This document shows positions 50,300-62,297 of a DNA stretch of 64,000 nt, one piece after another. Position numbers and translations under genes: made by a program. The stretch is from Mobula hypostoma (lineage: Eukaryota). Every line of letters begins with the position of its first letter. The stretch's first letter is position 1. The notes beneath the pieces were generated by a model. The model had not been told where the DNA came from. It did no database searches and saw only the letters and a program-made list of their open reading frames with translations. The DNA lies in NCBI RefSeq assembly GCF_963921235.1, contig NC_086097.1, forward strand, positions 59,088,001-59,152,000, written 5' to 3'.

Positions 50300-52650
50300 G
50301 TAAAAAGGGTTTCATTGTGGGTGCTTGTCCAGGTTTGAATTAGTTGATTACTGTGTGATTGTTCTAAGAAATGATTAAGTAGTTTGTGTTTAAATCTGTG
50401 TTAAACTATTGTCCTGGAAAGTGATTAAGTTACATGGTTATGGACTCTGCAGGGATTAGGTGTTGGTTTGATTCAAAGAGATTGCCCGTAACTAATGCTT
50501 GTGTTCTGAGCCGGGTGGATACTTTTGTACTTTATACTTTATACTTAGCCCAGGTGATTTGTTGATTAGGGTTTTAAGACTGTTAAAGAATTAGTGAAAT
50601 TTACGATCATGGAACGGCAGGGAAAGATGTGATTTTAGTTCAGACTTGCAAGGACATGATGGGAGAGGATCTGCCTGGTACCACTGGAGTCCTGAGAGAG
50701 GGAAGGCCATGGGCCATGCATATTTTCAGAGAAGAGGGGAGTGTAGGTGAGTATGCTGAATTGGAAGTCAAGTTTCCCATAGCTGATGGGCGAGACTTCA
50801 AAGAAAAGTTGCTCTTTTCTGTGGAGTGTTTGATGGAAGGAGCTGTTTGATGTGGAAAGTCCAGTGAGCCCTTCAGCAGTTGATCTAAATTCTGAGATTT
50901 TTTGGTTATCACATCACTGATTGATAAATGAAGAAGAGCATCAGTGGAGAGCCAAAGTTATTGTAGCCTGAGAGTGTTCTCTGGGGTCAAGCTCACACCC
51001 GATGGCGAAGAAGAATATGAGGCTTGGGCTGAGCAGTGTTCAGATAACATGAAAAAACTGAGACTGCTGGAGAATTTAAAGGGGCCGGCAGCTGATATAG
51101 TGAATTTCTTTGAGGCAGAAAATCTATTAGCCATGTCAGCTAATTATCTACAAGCTCTGGAAGATGCTTTTGGCACTGCTGGAAGTGCAGCCGATCTTGG
51201 GATGAAGTTTAGGAACACATTTCAGGTGGAAGGAGAGAATTGTCTACCTACATTTTCGGGTTGGAGAAGCTGCTGCACTGTTTGTGCCACAAAGAGGGCA
51301 TTCAACTCTCTTAGAAAAATTGCTTGAGGATGGAGCGAGTTGTGAAGGGTGTGATTTTACATCATATGATTGCTCTAGGCATTCAAATGATCCATAGATG
51401 CATCCTCCTCCATCTTGTATCGAGTTACTCTGAGAAGTTGGGAAGAAAATGCAATGAAGGAGCAAGAGGCCTCCATCAGCAGGGCAAAGTCCTTGGTAGC
51501 AGCCTTTGTTGCTGAAGTGACCCCTGATGTCACACAAGTGGGACTTTTGCAGGATGTCATGGAAGATTTGAGGGCCAAGGTATTTCTGATGCTATCGGTT
51601 GGTGCTGCCACCAGCCATGACAAAGCCAATAGGAAGCTGGTCCCACTGGTGGGACGTAGGGCTGCGCTGAGCGGGATCCCTTGACCAGAGAAGTGATCAG
51701 CGTTTTCTGTAACAACTGTGGAGAAGATGGATATTTCAAGTGGGAGTGTGAAGGGCAGGAAAATCCTTGGAAAGTAAATCAACGGTTACTCAAACAAAGA
51801 AAAAAGGTAAAACTATGGAATGGAATGGGCTGATGTTTCGGGGAAGATATGTTCCTATCAGTGTATCAAGGGAAATACTAAAGTACCAAACACTATTCGT
51901 GAAGATTTAATGGGACCAAGCTCTGCTGTATCCGTTCTTGTGGAAACAAATATTGCTATTGTGAAAAGGCTCGTGGGAGCATGCAAGGAGAGAAATGGAG
52001 AGAACTTTTGAAAAGCTTGTCCATTTACCTTGTGTTCAGAGCTGTTTTGAGAAGGTGAAAGTTCCTCCTAAGCAGGATGATGTGCAGAAACAAGGAACTG
52101 TCTGATACACCCAGTCTAAACCTGTCATGTTATGGTCTGGAGGAGTAGCTAAAATAACAGGAACCCTCAAATTTGCCAGAATGTCCGGGAGTGGAAAAGG
52201 AGATTAATTGAGAAGATGTTGGGATGCAAAGATGCGTTTTATACTGACAATTCTGATGGTGGTTACTCTAGGGGTACTTGCCACACTGTTAGAGTGACCA
52301 AGGAATCCTCCCCAGTCTAGACATGGAGTTGTTGGAATGAGATGTTTAGTTCAGGTGCAAACCAAGGACCTGCCCAAGCAGCGTGGAATGCTAGCAGCTA
52401 AGTCAAAGGGCTCCAGTTGCCAGGTCCCATCTAAGGGCAAGGCTCTAAGGAGATTCTTAGAACCTGGTCCCAGAAGCACAAGGACCATTTATCGCACCTT
52501 ACTCCGATGTCTGAGGAAACTGATGAGGAATTGGAATGTGATTTGACTTCTGTTTTCACTAAGGACTCTTGTGGATCTATGTGGGAGACTCTGGGGTTTG
52601 CTGAAGCACCCCCGCTACTGACGGAGGCTCAGAAGTTATTCTTCTGGTAA
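50300..52650 (+). mobile_element. Gypsy retrotransposon fragment with PNMA-like gag, nested in the Sushi-like element
   Basis: LRVFSGVKLTPDGEEEYEAWAEQ...KKLRLLENLKGPAADIV...YLQALEDAFG...FRNTFQVEGE, and zinc knuckle FCNNCGEDGYFKWEC at ~51704. Confidence 0.8.
50318..50339 (+). promoter_or_regulatory. Degenerate tRNA-Pro primer-binding site
   Basis: TGGGTGCTTGTCCAGG-TTTGAA versus the tRNA-Pro 3' complement TGGGGGCTCGTCCGGGATTTGAA, just upstream of the PNMA-like gag. Confidence 0.6.
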
Positions 52651-54289
52651 TTGCGACACCCAAGCTAGTAGAAATCCCTCCCATCTACAAGGAATAGGAA
52701 GATGTATTCAGCAAGGGAAAGGCCTTGACTCTTTCACTGCACCGACCCTATGACTGTGCAACAGATCTACTGGCAGGTGCATGTCCTCTGCAGGGTCGAT
52801 TATACACGCTCTCAGGTCCAAGGAGAAGAGCTATGGAGGAGTATATAAAAGAGGTTCTTGCCCTGGGATTCTTTGGCCCTCCACTTCTGCAGCCAGTGCC
52901 GGCTTCTTCTTCATACAGAAGAAGGTTGGGAGTCTGTGGCCATGCATTTTTTATAGCGAGCTGAATTGTATAACGGTCAAGAATCATTTCCCTCTTCCAC
53001 TCATGAACACTGCTTTCAAGATTCTTCAAGGGGCAAGAGTATTCTTGAATCTAGATCTGCTGAGCATGTACAGCCCAGTTCGCGCAAAGGAGGGAGATAA
53101 GCATTCTACACACGGACAGTGCCCTATGAGTGTCTGGTCACGTCCTTTGGCATTATGAATACTCCAGCAGTTTTCCAGGCCCTTATAAACAACATATTCT
53201 GGGATGGTCTTGGTAAGTATGCCTTCGTCTACCTAGATGACATCCTAATTTTCTTGAAGTCCATGGGAGAGTACATCACTCATGTCAGAAATATCCTTAA
53301 GAGTCTTCTTGATCATGGACTTTACATCAATCTGGAGAAGTCTGAATTTCAAGTAATCACTATTTCTTTTTTGGGGTTCATCATTGCTAATGACAATCTC
53401 AAGATGGACCCTAATAAGATGCAGGCAGTTGAAGATTGGCCATCACCATCCAATATGACGCAGGTCCAATGATTCCTGGGACTTGCCAACTTTTATCGAA
53501 AGTTATCAGAAACTTCAGCTCAGTGGTGGAACCACTGACAGCACTAACCAATAGTTCCATAAGCCCTCTTGTTTGGACTACCGAGGTGGAGGCTGCTTTT
53601 GCAGAACTCAAACAGAAGTTTATGACAATTCCCACTTTGGTTGCACCTAAATCAGACCTCCCCTTTATCGTGGAGGTGAATGCCTTGGAGACTGAAGTGG
53701 GTACCGTGTGGTCCCAACCGGTATCTTTGGACAATAAACTGCACCCATGTGTGTTCTTTTCCAGACGACTATCCCCAGCAGAGGTGAGTTATAACATTAG
53801 AAAAAGAAAGCTGCTCATGGTCAAGTTGGTTGTGGAGGAATGATGTCACTGAACACTAGGCCCATTTATCGTATGGACAGACACAAGAACCTTGCTATTA
53901 TTCAGGAGACCAAGAGTCTGAATTCCAGGCTGGCCAGATGGTTTGTTTTCTTTCACTGTTGTAATTTCATCCTGTCCTATTGACCGGGATCTAAGAACCA
54001 GAAGCCAGATACCCTGTCCCGTTCAACAAACCTAAACAAGAAAAAAAGCCTACCACCATTTTGTGCCAAATTTTGGGGAATCAACACACTTGTTTGCAAG
54101 ATTCAGGCTTAAGGGGAGATTCCTCAGAATAGACCTCTGGATCGGCTGTCTGTTCCCAGTCCCGTCTGGTCTCAGGTTCTTTGATAGGGACGTGCATTGA
54201 GACTGACTTCTCACGCAGGGATTACCAGGACCCATGAGTTCATTAAGCAAAGATATTGGTAGCCTGGAATGGCAAGGGAGGTCCATCAA

Positions 54290-54602
54290 TTTTTTCTATA
54301 GGCATCCGTTAGTCTCATGAGACCATGGATTTGCACCTTGGAAGTTTTCCAGGGCGCACGCCTGGGCAAGGTTGTATGGAAGACCAGCAGCTGCCCATGC
54401 TGCAAGTCTCCCCTCTCCACGCCACCGATGTTGTCCAAGGGAAGGGTATTAGGATCCATACAGCTTGGTACTGGTGTCGTCGCAGAGCAATATGTGGTTA
54501 ATTGCCTTGCTCCATGACACACGCGCTGCCTCATCCAAGGCTTGAACTAGCGACCTTCAGATCATTAGATGAATGCCTTAGCTACCTGGCCACATGCCAA
54601 CA
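54290..54602 (-). mobile_element. tRNA-derived CORE-like SINE inserted in the Gypsy integrase
   Basis: Minus-strand head GGCATGTGGCCAGGTAGCTAAGGCA...AGTTCAAGCC, then GTGTCATGGAGCAAGGCAATTAACC (CORE-like). CAAT is repeated on both sides; removal restores integrase EVHQYMLAYEVC. Confidence 0.75.
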
Positions 54603-54799
54603 CAATACATGTTAGCATATGAGGTGTGTGCCCAGAACAAGGAGCCTTGCGCTGAGCATCAAGGGCTCCTTCACCATTTGCCTATTCTGGAAAGACCACA
54701 GGTTCACATCTCGATGGACTTTGCCCGAGGGTGTCCTCCCTCCAAGGGGAAGACTGTAATCATGGTAATTTTGTATTATTTTTTGAAGGCTTGCAAATG

Positions 54800-55187
54800 C
54801 ATAGCCAGCTCCATCTTGGGTACTAACCTACAAAGTACCCAGGACATCTTCAGGGGACGGTGTCTCAGAAAGGCAGAGTCCATTATTAAGGACCTCCAGC
54901 ACCCAGGGCATGCCCTTTTCTCGCTGTTACCATCAAGTAGGAGGTATAGAAGCCTGAAGGCACACACTGAGTGATTCAAGAACAGCCTCTTCCCCTCTGC
55001 TATCTGATTCCTAAATAGATATTGAACCTGTAAACACTACCTCACTTATAAAAATATATATTATTTCTGTTTTTGCACGATTGTAAATCTATTCAATGTA
55101 TGTATACTGTAATTGATTTACTTTACTGCTGCTGCTTAGTTATCCAATTTCACAACACATACTGGTGATAATAAGCCTGATTCTGAT
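54800..55187 (+). mobile_element. Rex1/Babar 3' stub
   Basis: IASSILGTNLQSTQDIFRGRCLRKAESIIKDLQHPGHALFSLLPS and AATAAGCCTGATTCTGAT tail. Confidence 0.85.
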
Positions 55188-55189
55188 AT

Positions 55190-55420
55190 ATATCCTGTGC
55201 CTTCCATACTGCTTCCAGAAATCCCAGACATTGCTGCTCTGCTGTCATTCCTGCCAGTGTTTTTTTTCCTGCCCCCTTGCACCAGCTTCTCAGCCATGCA
55301 TTCATTTGCCAAATCATCCTTTTTCTCCCCTCACTGGTGTGTGGCACAGGCAGCAATCCAGAAAATACTACCAGGGTGATTCTGCTTCTCTGCTTTCTAG
55401 CTCTCTAAATTCTCTTTAAG
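55190..55420 (-). mobile_element. CR1 fragment (ORF1 esterase piece joined to an ORF2 piece)
   Basis: LPVPHTSEGRKRMIWQMNAWLRSWCKG resembles the 7960-8050 region. Confidence 0.65.
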
Positions 55421-55879
55421 AAGTCTTCGGGTGTGATCACCATAGCTAGTATACTGGGAGTAAGCCACATTTTGATTAGACATAGAATACAACAATCTCT
55501 CATTTCACTCCAATACAGCAATCTTACCCTCAGGTCCTCAGTTTTGTTCTCCAACACCTGCACATTTGCCAACAAGATGCAGGGTAGAGCGGTGTCTCAT
55601 TCCTTTGTATTTCAGCCTGGCTTGGACTTCTAACCCCCAAACCCCACCCCCCACTCATTTCCGGCCATGGCAATGAACTTTTGTCCACTTAAGGTTGCCA
55701 TACCTGCTAGCTTGAGCGTTAAGTCCACCGAGTCCTTCAGAAGATTATGAAAGCTATAGATCATTAAGTCGATTTAAAAGTACATTACTTAAAGGGAAAT
55801 TGCATGCTTCAGATCTCAGTGAGAGTAATTCAAAAGAGGTATATTTTAAAAGTATTCCATGTAGCCCGCAGTACGTCGT

Positions 55880-56350
55880 CATGGTTCACAGAAACTTCCA
55901 AGTGAGAGAGGATCTTCAAGATTCCCTCAGATTCTTGTGGTTTCATGACCATTCACTGAACAATAAGATTCTGGAGTACTGCATGAGAGCTGATGTATTT
56001 AGTAACTGTCCCACACCAGCCTTAAGAGGAAAGCTATTGAGTGGGTGAAGGAATTCAGGACTGAAGCGCAGGGGTACATAGAAAGGCAGTTCTATATTGA
56101 CAATGGTCTGAAATAAATGTGGAAGAAGCAGTCAGCATGCTGAAAGCAGCACAAGACATGTTGGCACAGTTTAATCTTAGAGTGCATAAGATCACATCCA
56201 ACTCTTCATGTTCAAAGAGTTGACTTCGGACTCTTGTGCATGACATGTCCCACTCCCTAAAGGGAAACACGATCAGTGGCAGCAATGGTGCTCTTCTTTT
56301 CAGCATCTTAAAGATTTGAAGATTCCAAGAACCTACACAACAATTATGCT
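55880..56350 (+). mobile_element. BEL/Pao RT continuation
   Basis: FQVREDLQDSLRFLWF...EYCMRADVFSNCPTPA; ERQFYIDNGL (degenerate YVDD); EEAVSMLKAAQDMLAQFNLRVHKITSN; LKIPRTY. Confidence 0.82.
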
Positions 56351-56354
56351 ATCT

Positions 56355-57160
56355 AGACCATAAGACCATAAGTTATAGGAGCAGAATTAGGCTATTTGGC
56401 CCGTCAAGTCTGCTCTGCCATTTCATCATGGCTGATCAGTTTTCCCTCTCTGTCTCAATATCCTGCCTGCTTCCTATATCCATTTATGCCCTGACTAATC
56501 AAAGATCTATCAACCTCTGCCTTAAATATACCCAATGGTTTGGATGCCACGATGCCTTTGACAATGAATCTTACAGATTTACCACTCTCTGGGTAAAGAA
56601 ATTTCTCCTCACCTCTTTTCTAAATGGACATCTCTTTATTCTGAGGCTCCCCAGGCATAGCAAACATGCACTCCACATCTACTTTATCGAGCCCTTTCAA
56701 CATTCGATAGATTTCAATGAGGTCATCCCTCATTCCAGTGAGTGGAGGCTCAGAGCGATCAAACACTTCTCGTATGACAAGTTTTTCAATCTTGGAATCA
56801 TTTACATGAACGTCCTTTGAAGTCTCTCCAATGTCAGCACATCCAAAACTGCTCACGATACTCCAAATGAAGCCTTGCCAGTGCTTTATAAAGCCTCAAC
56901 ATCAAAACATTGCTTTTATATTCTATTCCTCTCAAAAGGAATGCTAACATCACATTTGCCTTCCTCATCACAGACCCAACCTGCAAATTATCCTGCAGGG
57001 AATCCTGCACAAGGACCCCCAAGTCCCTTTGCACCTCAGATTTTGGAATTTTCTCTCTACTTGTCAAATAGTCTACACCTTTATTTCTTCCACCAAAGTG
57101 CGTGTCCATACACTTCTTGACACTGTATTCCATCTGCCTCTTCTTTGACCATTCTCCTGA
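56355..57160 (-). mobile_element. CR1 3' fragment
   Basis: (AGACCATA)n tail; QRDLGVLVQDSL...LYKALARLHLEY; MRDDLIEIYRMLKGLDKVD. Confidence 0.85.
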
Positions 57161-57227
57161 GAAACTTATCTCGCTGCATAGCATTGTACGTACACACAGC
57201 GAAGGCAGTAGAGAAGATGTTAATAAA

Positions 57228-58290
57228 TTCAAAGCCGAAAATAAATGTTTATCAAAATATATACAGTATAGTATATGTCACCATATACAACACTCAGATT
57301 CATTTTCTTGTGGGCATACTCAATAAATCCAAGCAGCATAATAGAGTTAATGAAAGACTGCATCCAACATTATGGGCGAGCAATCTATGTGTAAAAGAAA
57401 ACAAACTGTGTAAATACAAAGGAAAAAAAAATAATAGTTATAAATAAATACCAATAAATATCAAGAACATGAGAGGAAAGTGAGTCCATAATGATGGAGC
57501 AAGTGAAGTTATCCACACTGATTCAAAAGCCTGATGACTGAGGAGTAATAACTGTTCCTGAATCTGGTTGCATGGGTCCTGATGCTCCAGTACTTTCTAC
57601 CTCATGGCAGCCCCAAGAAGAGAACATAACCTGGTTGGTGGATGCTTTCCTATGACCGTGCTCTGCGCAGATGTGCTGAATGGTGGGGAGAGCTTAACCT
57701 GTAATGGACTGGCCATATCCACTACTTTTTGTAGGATTTTCAGTACAAGGGGATTGGTGTTTCCATTCCAGGTCGTGATGCAACCCAGTCAATATACTCT
57801 CCATCGCACATCTACAGAAGTTTGTCAAAATTTTAGATGTCATGCTGAAGTTTTGCAAATTTCTAAGGAAGTAGAGGCGCTGCCATGCTTTCTTCATGAT
57901 GGCGCTTACAGTATGTGCTGGGCCCAGGACAGAGCCTCTGAAATGATAACACCGATTAATTTAAAGTTGCTGACCCTGTCCACCTCTGATCCCCCAATGA
58001 GCACTGGCTCATGGTCCTCTGATTTCCTCCTCCTGAAGTCAATACTTAGCTCCTTGGTCTTGCTGACATTGAATGAGAGGTTGTTGTTGTGGTACCACTC
58101 AGCCAGATTTCAATTTCCCTCCTACCTGCTGATTTGACACCACCTTTGATTTATGAATGACAGTGGGGTCATCAGCAAACTTAAATATGATATTAGATTT
58201 GTGTTTAGCGTCACAGACATAAGTATAAAGTGAGTAGATCAAGGGGCTAAGCACATGGCCTTGTGGTGCTCTTTTGCTGAAGGAGATCAT
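57228..58290 (-). mobile_element. Rex1/Babar 3' fragment
   Basis: APQGHVLSPLIYSLYT...IFKFADD and KKAWQRLYFLRNL. Confidence 0.85.
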
Positions 58291-58389
58291 CTAAGGGTTG
58301 AAACTCTTCATCGGTAAAGTAGGAAGAGGAAAAGGGCCTTGTACTGTGTGTCCATTTCTCTTTAAAGCAAAACAGGAACTGTAGATAAT

Positions 58390-58997
58390 GTGACTAAAAT
58401 GGCAAAAGTGATGCCTTTATTTATTAGGCAAGGCACGATTTGTAAGAGGAGGCAGCCGTACAACATTAGATAGGCCTGGACTTCAGCACTGCATAAATTT
58501 GAGCTCACGGCATTGCATGAAGATGTGATTAAACTGGAGGGGTTACAGAAAATGTTTACAAGGACGTTGTCAATACCAAAACATTTTAACTAACAGGGTA
58601 GTCTAGCTAGGCTGCAGTTGTTTTATTCTAAGCAAGAGGTTGCTGAGGAGAAAACTAAGTGGGGTGTATAAGAACGAGTGGCCAATACAACTTAAAAATG
58701 AAGGACTTATTTTCACAAGTATAGATTTAAAGTGATTAATAGATGGATTAGAGGATAGATGAGGAAAATATTTTTCAATCAGCAGATGGTTGGGGTTTGA
58801 AACTCACCGCTTGAAATGATGGTAGAGGCAATAACCTCATCACAGTTAGACTGCTTTGTGTGTACTTGAGAACTGTGACTTAGAAAGCAAAGGACCTAGT
58901 GCTGGAAGATAGGATTACCCCAAGCATTCTGTTCCAAATGGCACAGGTAGGTTAGACTAAATGTGTTCCTGCCACTTAGCAAAACTTTCTATGTGTA
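58390..58997 (+). mobile_element. Old CR1 3' fragment
   Basis: Degenerate LEGLQKMFTR and MRKIFFNQQMVGV*NS motifs. Confidence 0.55.
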
Positions 58998-59252
58998 GAG
59001 TAACACATACAAAATGCTGGATGAACACAGCAGGTCAGTCAGTATCTATGGAAAATAATAAACAGTCGATATTTTGGGTCGAGACCCTTCATCAAGACTG
59101 GAAAGTAATGGGGAAGATACTTGTTGAAGGGTCTCTGCCCAAAATGTCAATAGTTTATTCCTTTCCATAGATACTGCATAGCCTGTTAAGTTTCTCCAGC
59201 ATTCTGTATATGTTACTCTGAAACTCCAGCATGTGCCGAATATCTTGTGTTT
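58998..59252. mobile_element. Penelope-derived fold-back mini-element with two inverted hammerhead relics
   Basis: AGAGTAACACATACAAAATGCTGGA...TCCAGCATTCTGTATATGTTACTCT arms. Minus-strand relic at 59063-59100 and plus-strand relic at 59118-59153. Confidence 0.82.
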
Positions 59253-59627
59253 ATTATGTTTGTGTATATGATGCCTTTAAGAATTAGCTTGTATTACATT
59301 GTATGACTCAGATACATTGTTATAGGAGAAACTGATGCTCAGTTGAAAGTTACTGTCTTGCAATGAAAGATGTCCTGTTTATAACTCTACATCTGATTAT
59401 TTGCCTAGGCTTACAGCAACAGAGAGCAACAGTTGAATGTCCACATTAGTAACAATTTCTGTCACAGCTTTGCACTCAGGAGGCATGCCTCAAAGGGCCA
59501 CACCAAATCAACTCTTCCAACCAGAGGCTCAGAATGAATGCATCAGTGGTTGGCAAGGGCAGAGGTTTCATGGAAAACCAGCTCAGGGCAGGTTTCTTAC
59601 TGAGTCTCATGCTACTCTGACAAGATA

Positions 59628-60067
59628 ATAGAAATATAGAAACATAGAAAATAGGTGCAGGAGTAGGCCATTTGGCCCTTCAAGTCTGCACTGCCATTCA
59701 GTATGATCATGGCTGATCATCCAACTCAGAACCCTGTACCTGCCTTCCCTCCATACCTCCCCCCCCGCCCCCCCGATCCCTTTAGCCACAAGGGCTATAT
59801 CTAACTCCCTCTTAAATATAGCCAATGAACTGGCCTCAACTGTTTCTTGTGGCAGAGAATTCCACAGATTCACCACTCTCTGTGTGAAGAAGTTTTTCCT
59901 CATCTCAGTCCTAAAATGCTTCCCCTTTATCCTTAAATTGTAACCCCTCATTCTGGACTTCCCCAACATCGGGAACAATCTCCCTGCATCTAGCCTGTCC
60001 AATCCCTTTAGGATTTTATATGTTTCAATAAGATCCCCCCTCAATCTTCTAAATTCCAGCGAGTATA
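59628..60067 (-). mobile_element. Young CR1 3' fragment
   Basis: RGDLIETYKILKGLDRLDAGRLFPMLGKSR, nearly the same as 42950-43373. Confidence 0.9.
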
Positions 60068-61771
60068 ATCATCATCATCGAGTCCAAATCCTGGAAATCA
60101 CCAGCAAACAGTATTGTACAAGTAGCCAGAGCAGGACAACAGTGGTGGCTCGCAAGCAACATGTAGAGTGTAATTAGAGATAGACATTGAATTTTGCCCT
60201 TGTCCACAAAACCCAGCATCTAAAAACATAAGGGAATTTAAAAAAATCATGTCACTGCATTGAAAGAAATAGAATAAAAATCAGTTAGGCCGTGCAAAGG
60301 ATAGCAGAGATGGAATCTCGTAAATCATGAGACCTCACAAATCAAAACTTTGTGATTTTTGACATGGAAGCAAACTCTGGTCCAATTCATCCATGTCAAC
60401 AAAGGAGCCTTTCTAGCTAGTCCAATTTGCCTCAATTTGGACCATATCTCACTTAACCTGTTCTATACATGCATTACAACTCATGTTCTCCTTATTATTT
60501 ACTTATTATTTATAATTATAATTGTATTTTTGTTTTTTTCTCAGCTCAAGTTGGCAAAACCTGAGATATGGCACAGCCAAGGGCACTCGTTTCTCAATTG
60601 CTAGGAACTTGTGGACGTTTCTACTTGTGTTTATCATTGTGGTTTTCTGGGGATATGCATAAATATTGCTGTTTAATATGATTGTGTAGTGGCTTTATTA
60701 TCTACCAGTTGTATATATTACTATTACAATGTATGCCCTGTTTGTGTTCCATAGTCTTTGAATTTCCTCTTTTAATTTGGCATATTTCTGATGTTTTCAC
60801 TTATTAATTTCTGTGTGTTATGTGTGCTTGGAATAGTGATACCTATTAACTAAGTTGTTCTTGCATGTGTATCCTCTAATATTATATTTAGATGGTTATA
60901 ATGGATTGCCCTATCTGTAATAATGGATCAATTGTAATATGATTTGTAGTACTCCGACTCGAAAACTGGATCAGGCTTGTATTTATAAAACGGTATGGAT
61001 TTTAAAGAATTTGTATTTCAAAGCAAGGTTTTGGTGAGTGATGTTTGCCACTTGATTGTGCTTGTGTAAGTAATCAGATTGAGTTAAACCGCTGCAGGAT
61101 CTTGTAATGTGTTGGATTGTTTCTGGTTTCTCCTGCCATTTCCTGCATTTATTGTTTTCAATTTGTTGGGTCTTTATTATGAGTTTTTGATATTTTTTTA
61201 TGTAAACAACTTGGTTCTGTATTGCCACAAGGAACCTCTCTGATTCTGAGAAAAGTTCTCCAACTCAAAGCCAGGATGCCTCCTTGTTGACATCTAATCT
61301 GCTCAGATCATGGGGCTGTCTTCCATGGAGGGCAATGCTCTTCCTTTGGTTAACTTTTTCTTCAATAGTGATAATTCCTTCATTTTCCTTGGTTGTGCTT
61401 TCATTTAAGTTTAGTAGTGTGTACTTCTTATCAGAATTGCATTTACCCAGGTGGAGTGCTAAATCCTGTTTTCATTGTTGAAAATATATCTTTAGAAGTT
61501 TTATCTGACTGTTATGTATTTTTTTCAGTCTGTTATTACTTTTCCTCCTGTCTTCGATAGTCTTCATCTAAGTGCATTAGAGTGTACATAGCACTTTTAA
61601 AAATCTGTTATTGCATTTTTCCTTGTAAATTTTCCAGATTGGAAAAAGAATATTTTAATATGGGTTTAAACGCAAACAACAGGAATTCTGCAGATGCTGG
61701 AAATTCAAGCAACATACATCAAAGTTGCTGGTGAACGCAGCAGGCCAAGCAGCATCTATAGGAAGAGGCGC

Positions 61772-61807
61772 AGTCGACGTTTCAGGCCGAGACCTTTCAT
61801 CAGGACT
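61772..61807 (-). ncRNA. Minimal type I hammerhead ribozyme motif (Penelope-associated)
   Basis: Reverse complement AGTC CTGATGA AAGGTCTCGGCCT GAAA CGTC GACT. Core intact; helix II has one mismatch. Confidence 0.72.
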
Positions 61808-62172
61808 AACTGAAGGAAGAGTGAGTAAGGGATTTGAAAGCTGGAGGGGGAGGGGGAGATGCAAAATGATAGGAGAAGACAGGAGGGGGAGGGATAGAGC
61901 CGAGAGCTGGACAGGTGATAGGCAAAAGGGGATACGAGAGGATCATGGGACAGGAGGTCTGGGAAGAAAGACAAGGAGGGGAGGGTGACCCAGAGGATGG
62001 GCAAGAGGTATATTCAGAGGGACAGAGGGAGAAAAAGGAGAGTGAGAGAAAGAATGTGTGCATAAAAATGAGTAACAGATGGGGTACGAGGGGGAGGTGG
62101 GGCCTTAGCGGAAGTTAGAGAAGTCGATGTTCATGCCATCAGGTTGGAGGCTACCCAGACGGAATATAAGGT

Positions 62173-62297
62173 CTCTACTGTAAAGATGAAATGTCTATCC
62201 ACGGCCTCCTCTACTGTAAAGATGAATGTCTATCCACGGCCTCCTCTACTGTAAAGATGAAATGTCTGTCCACGGCCTCCTCTACTGTAAAGATGAA
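62173..62297 (+). repeat. 36-bp tandem repeat, 3.5 copies
   Basis: Unit CTCTACTGTAAAGATGAAATGTCTATCCACGGCCTC at 62173, 62209 (35 bp), 62244, and partial at 62280. Confidence 0.95.

Larger units (their letters stand above)
49090..54800 (+). mobile_element. Sushi-like Ty3/Gypsy retrotransposon (decayed, interrupted twice)
   Basis: gag FPTPERFDGAPDSYRCFLIQC...LTGRALTWATA. RT HRPYDCATDLL, TVKNHFPLPL, AFVYLDDILIF. RNase H LPFIVEV...LHPCVFFSRRLSPAE. Integrase EVCAQNK...HISMDF. Domain order RT-RH-IN. Confidence 0.9.

Noticed and set aside
50944..51327. PNMA-like ORF as a domesticated PNMA gene
   Set aside because: Frameshifted, internally deleted and embedded in retrotransposon debris with a PBS.
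62173..62297. 36-bp repeats as a CRISPR array
   Set aside because: Head-to-tail units with no unique spacers, no cas genes, eukaryotic context, and the unit is Penelope coding sequence.
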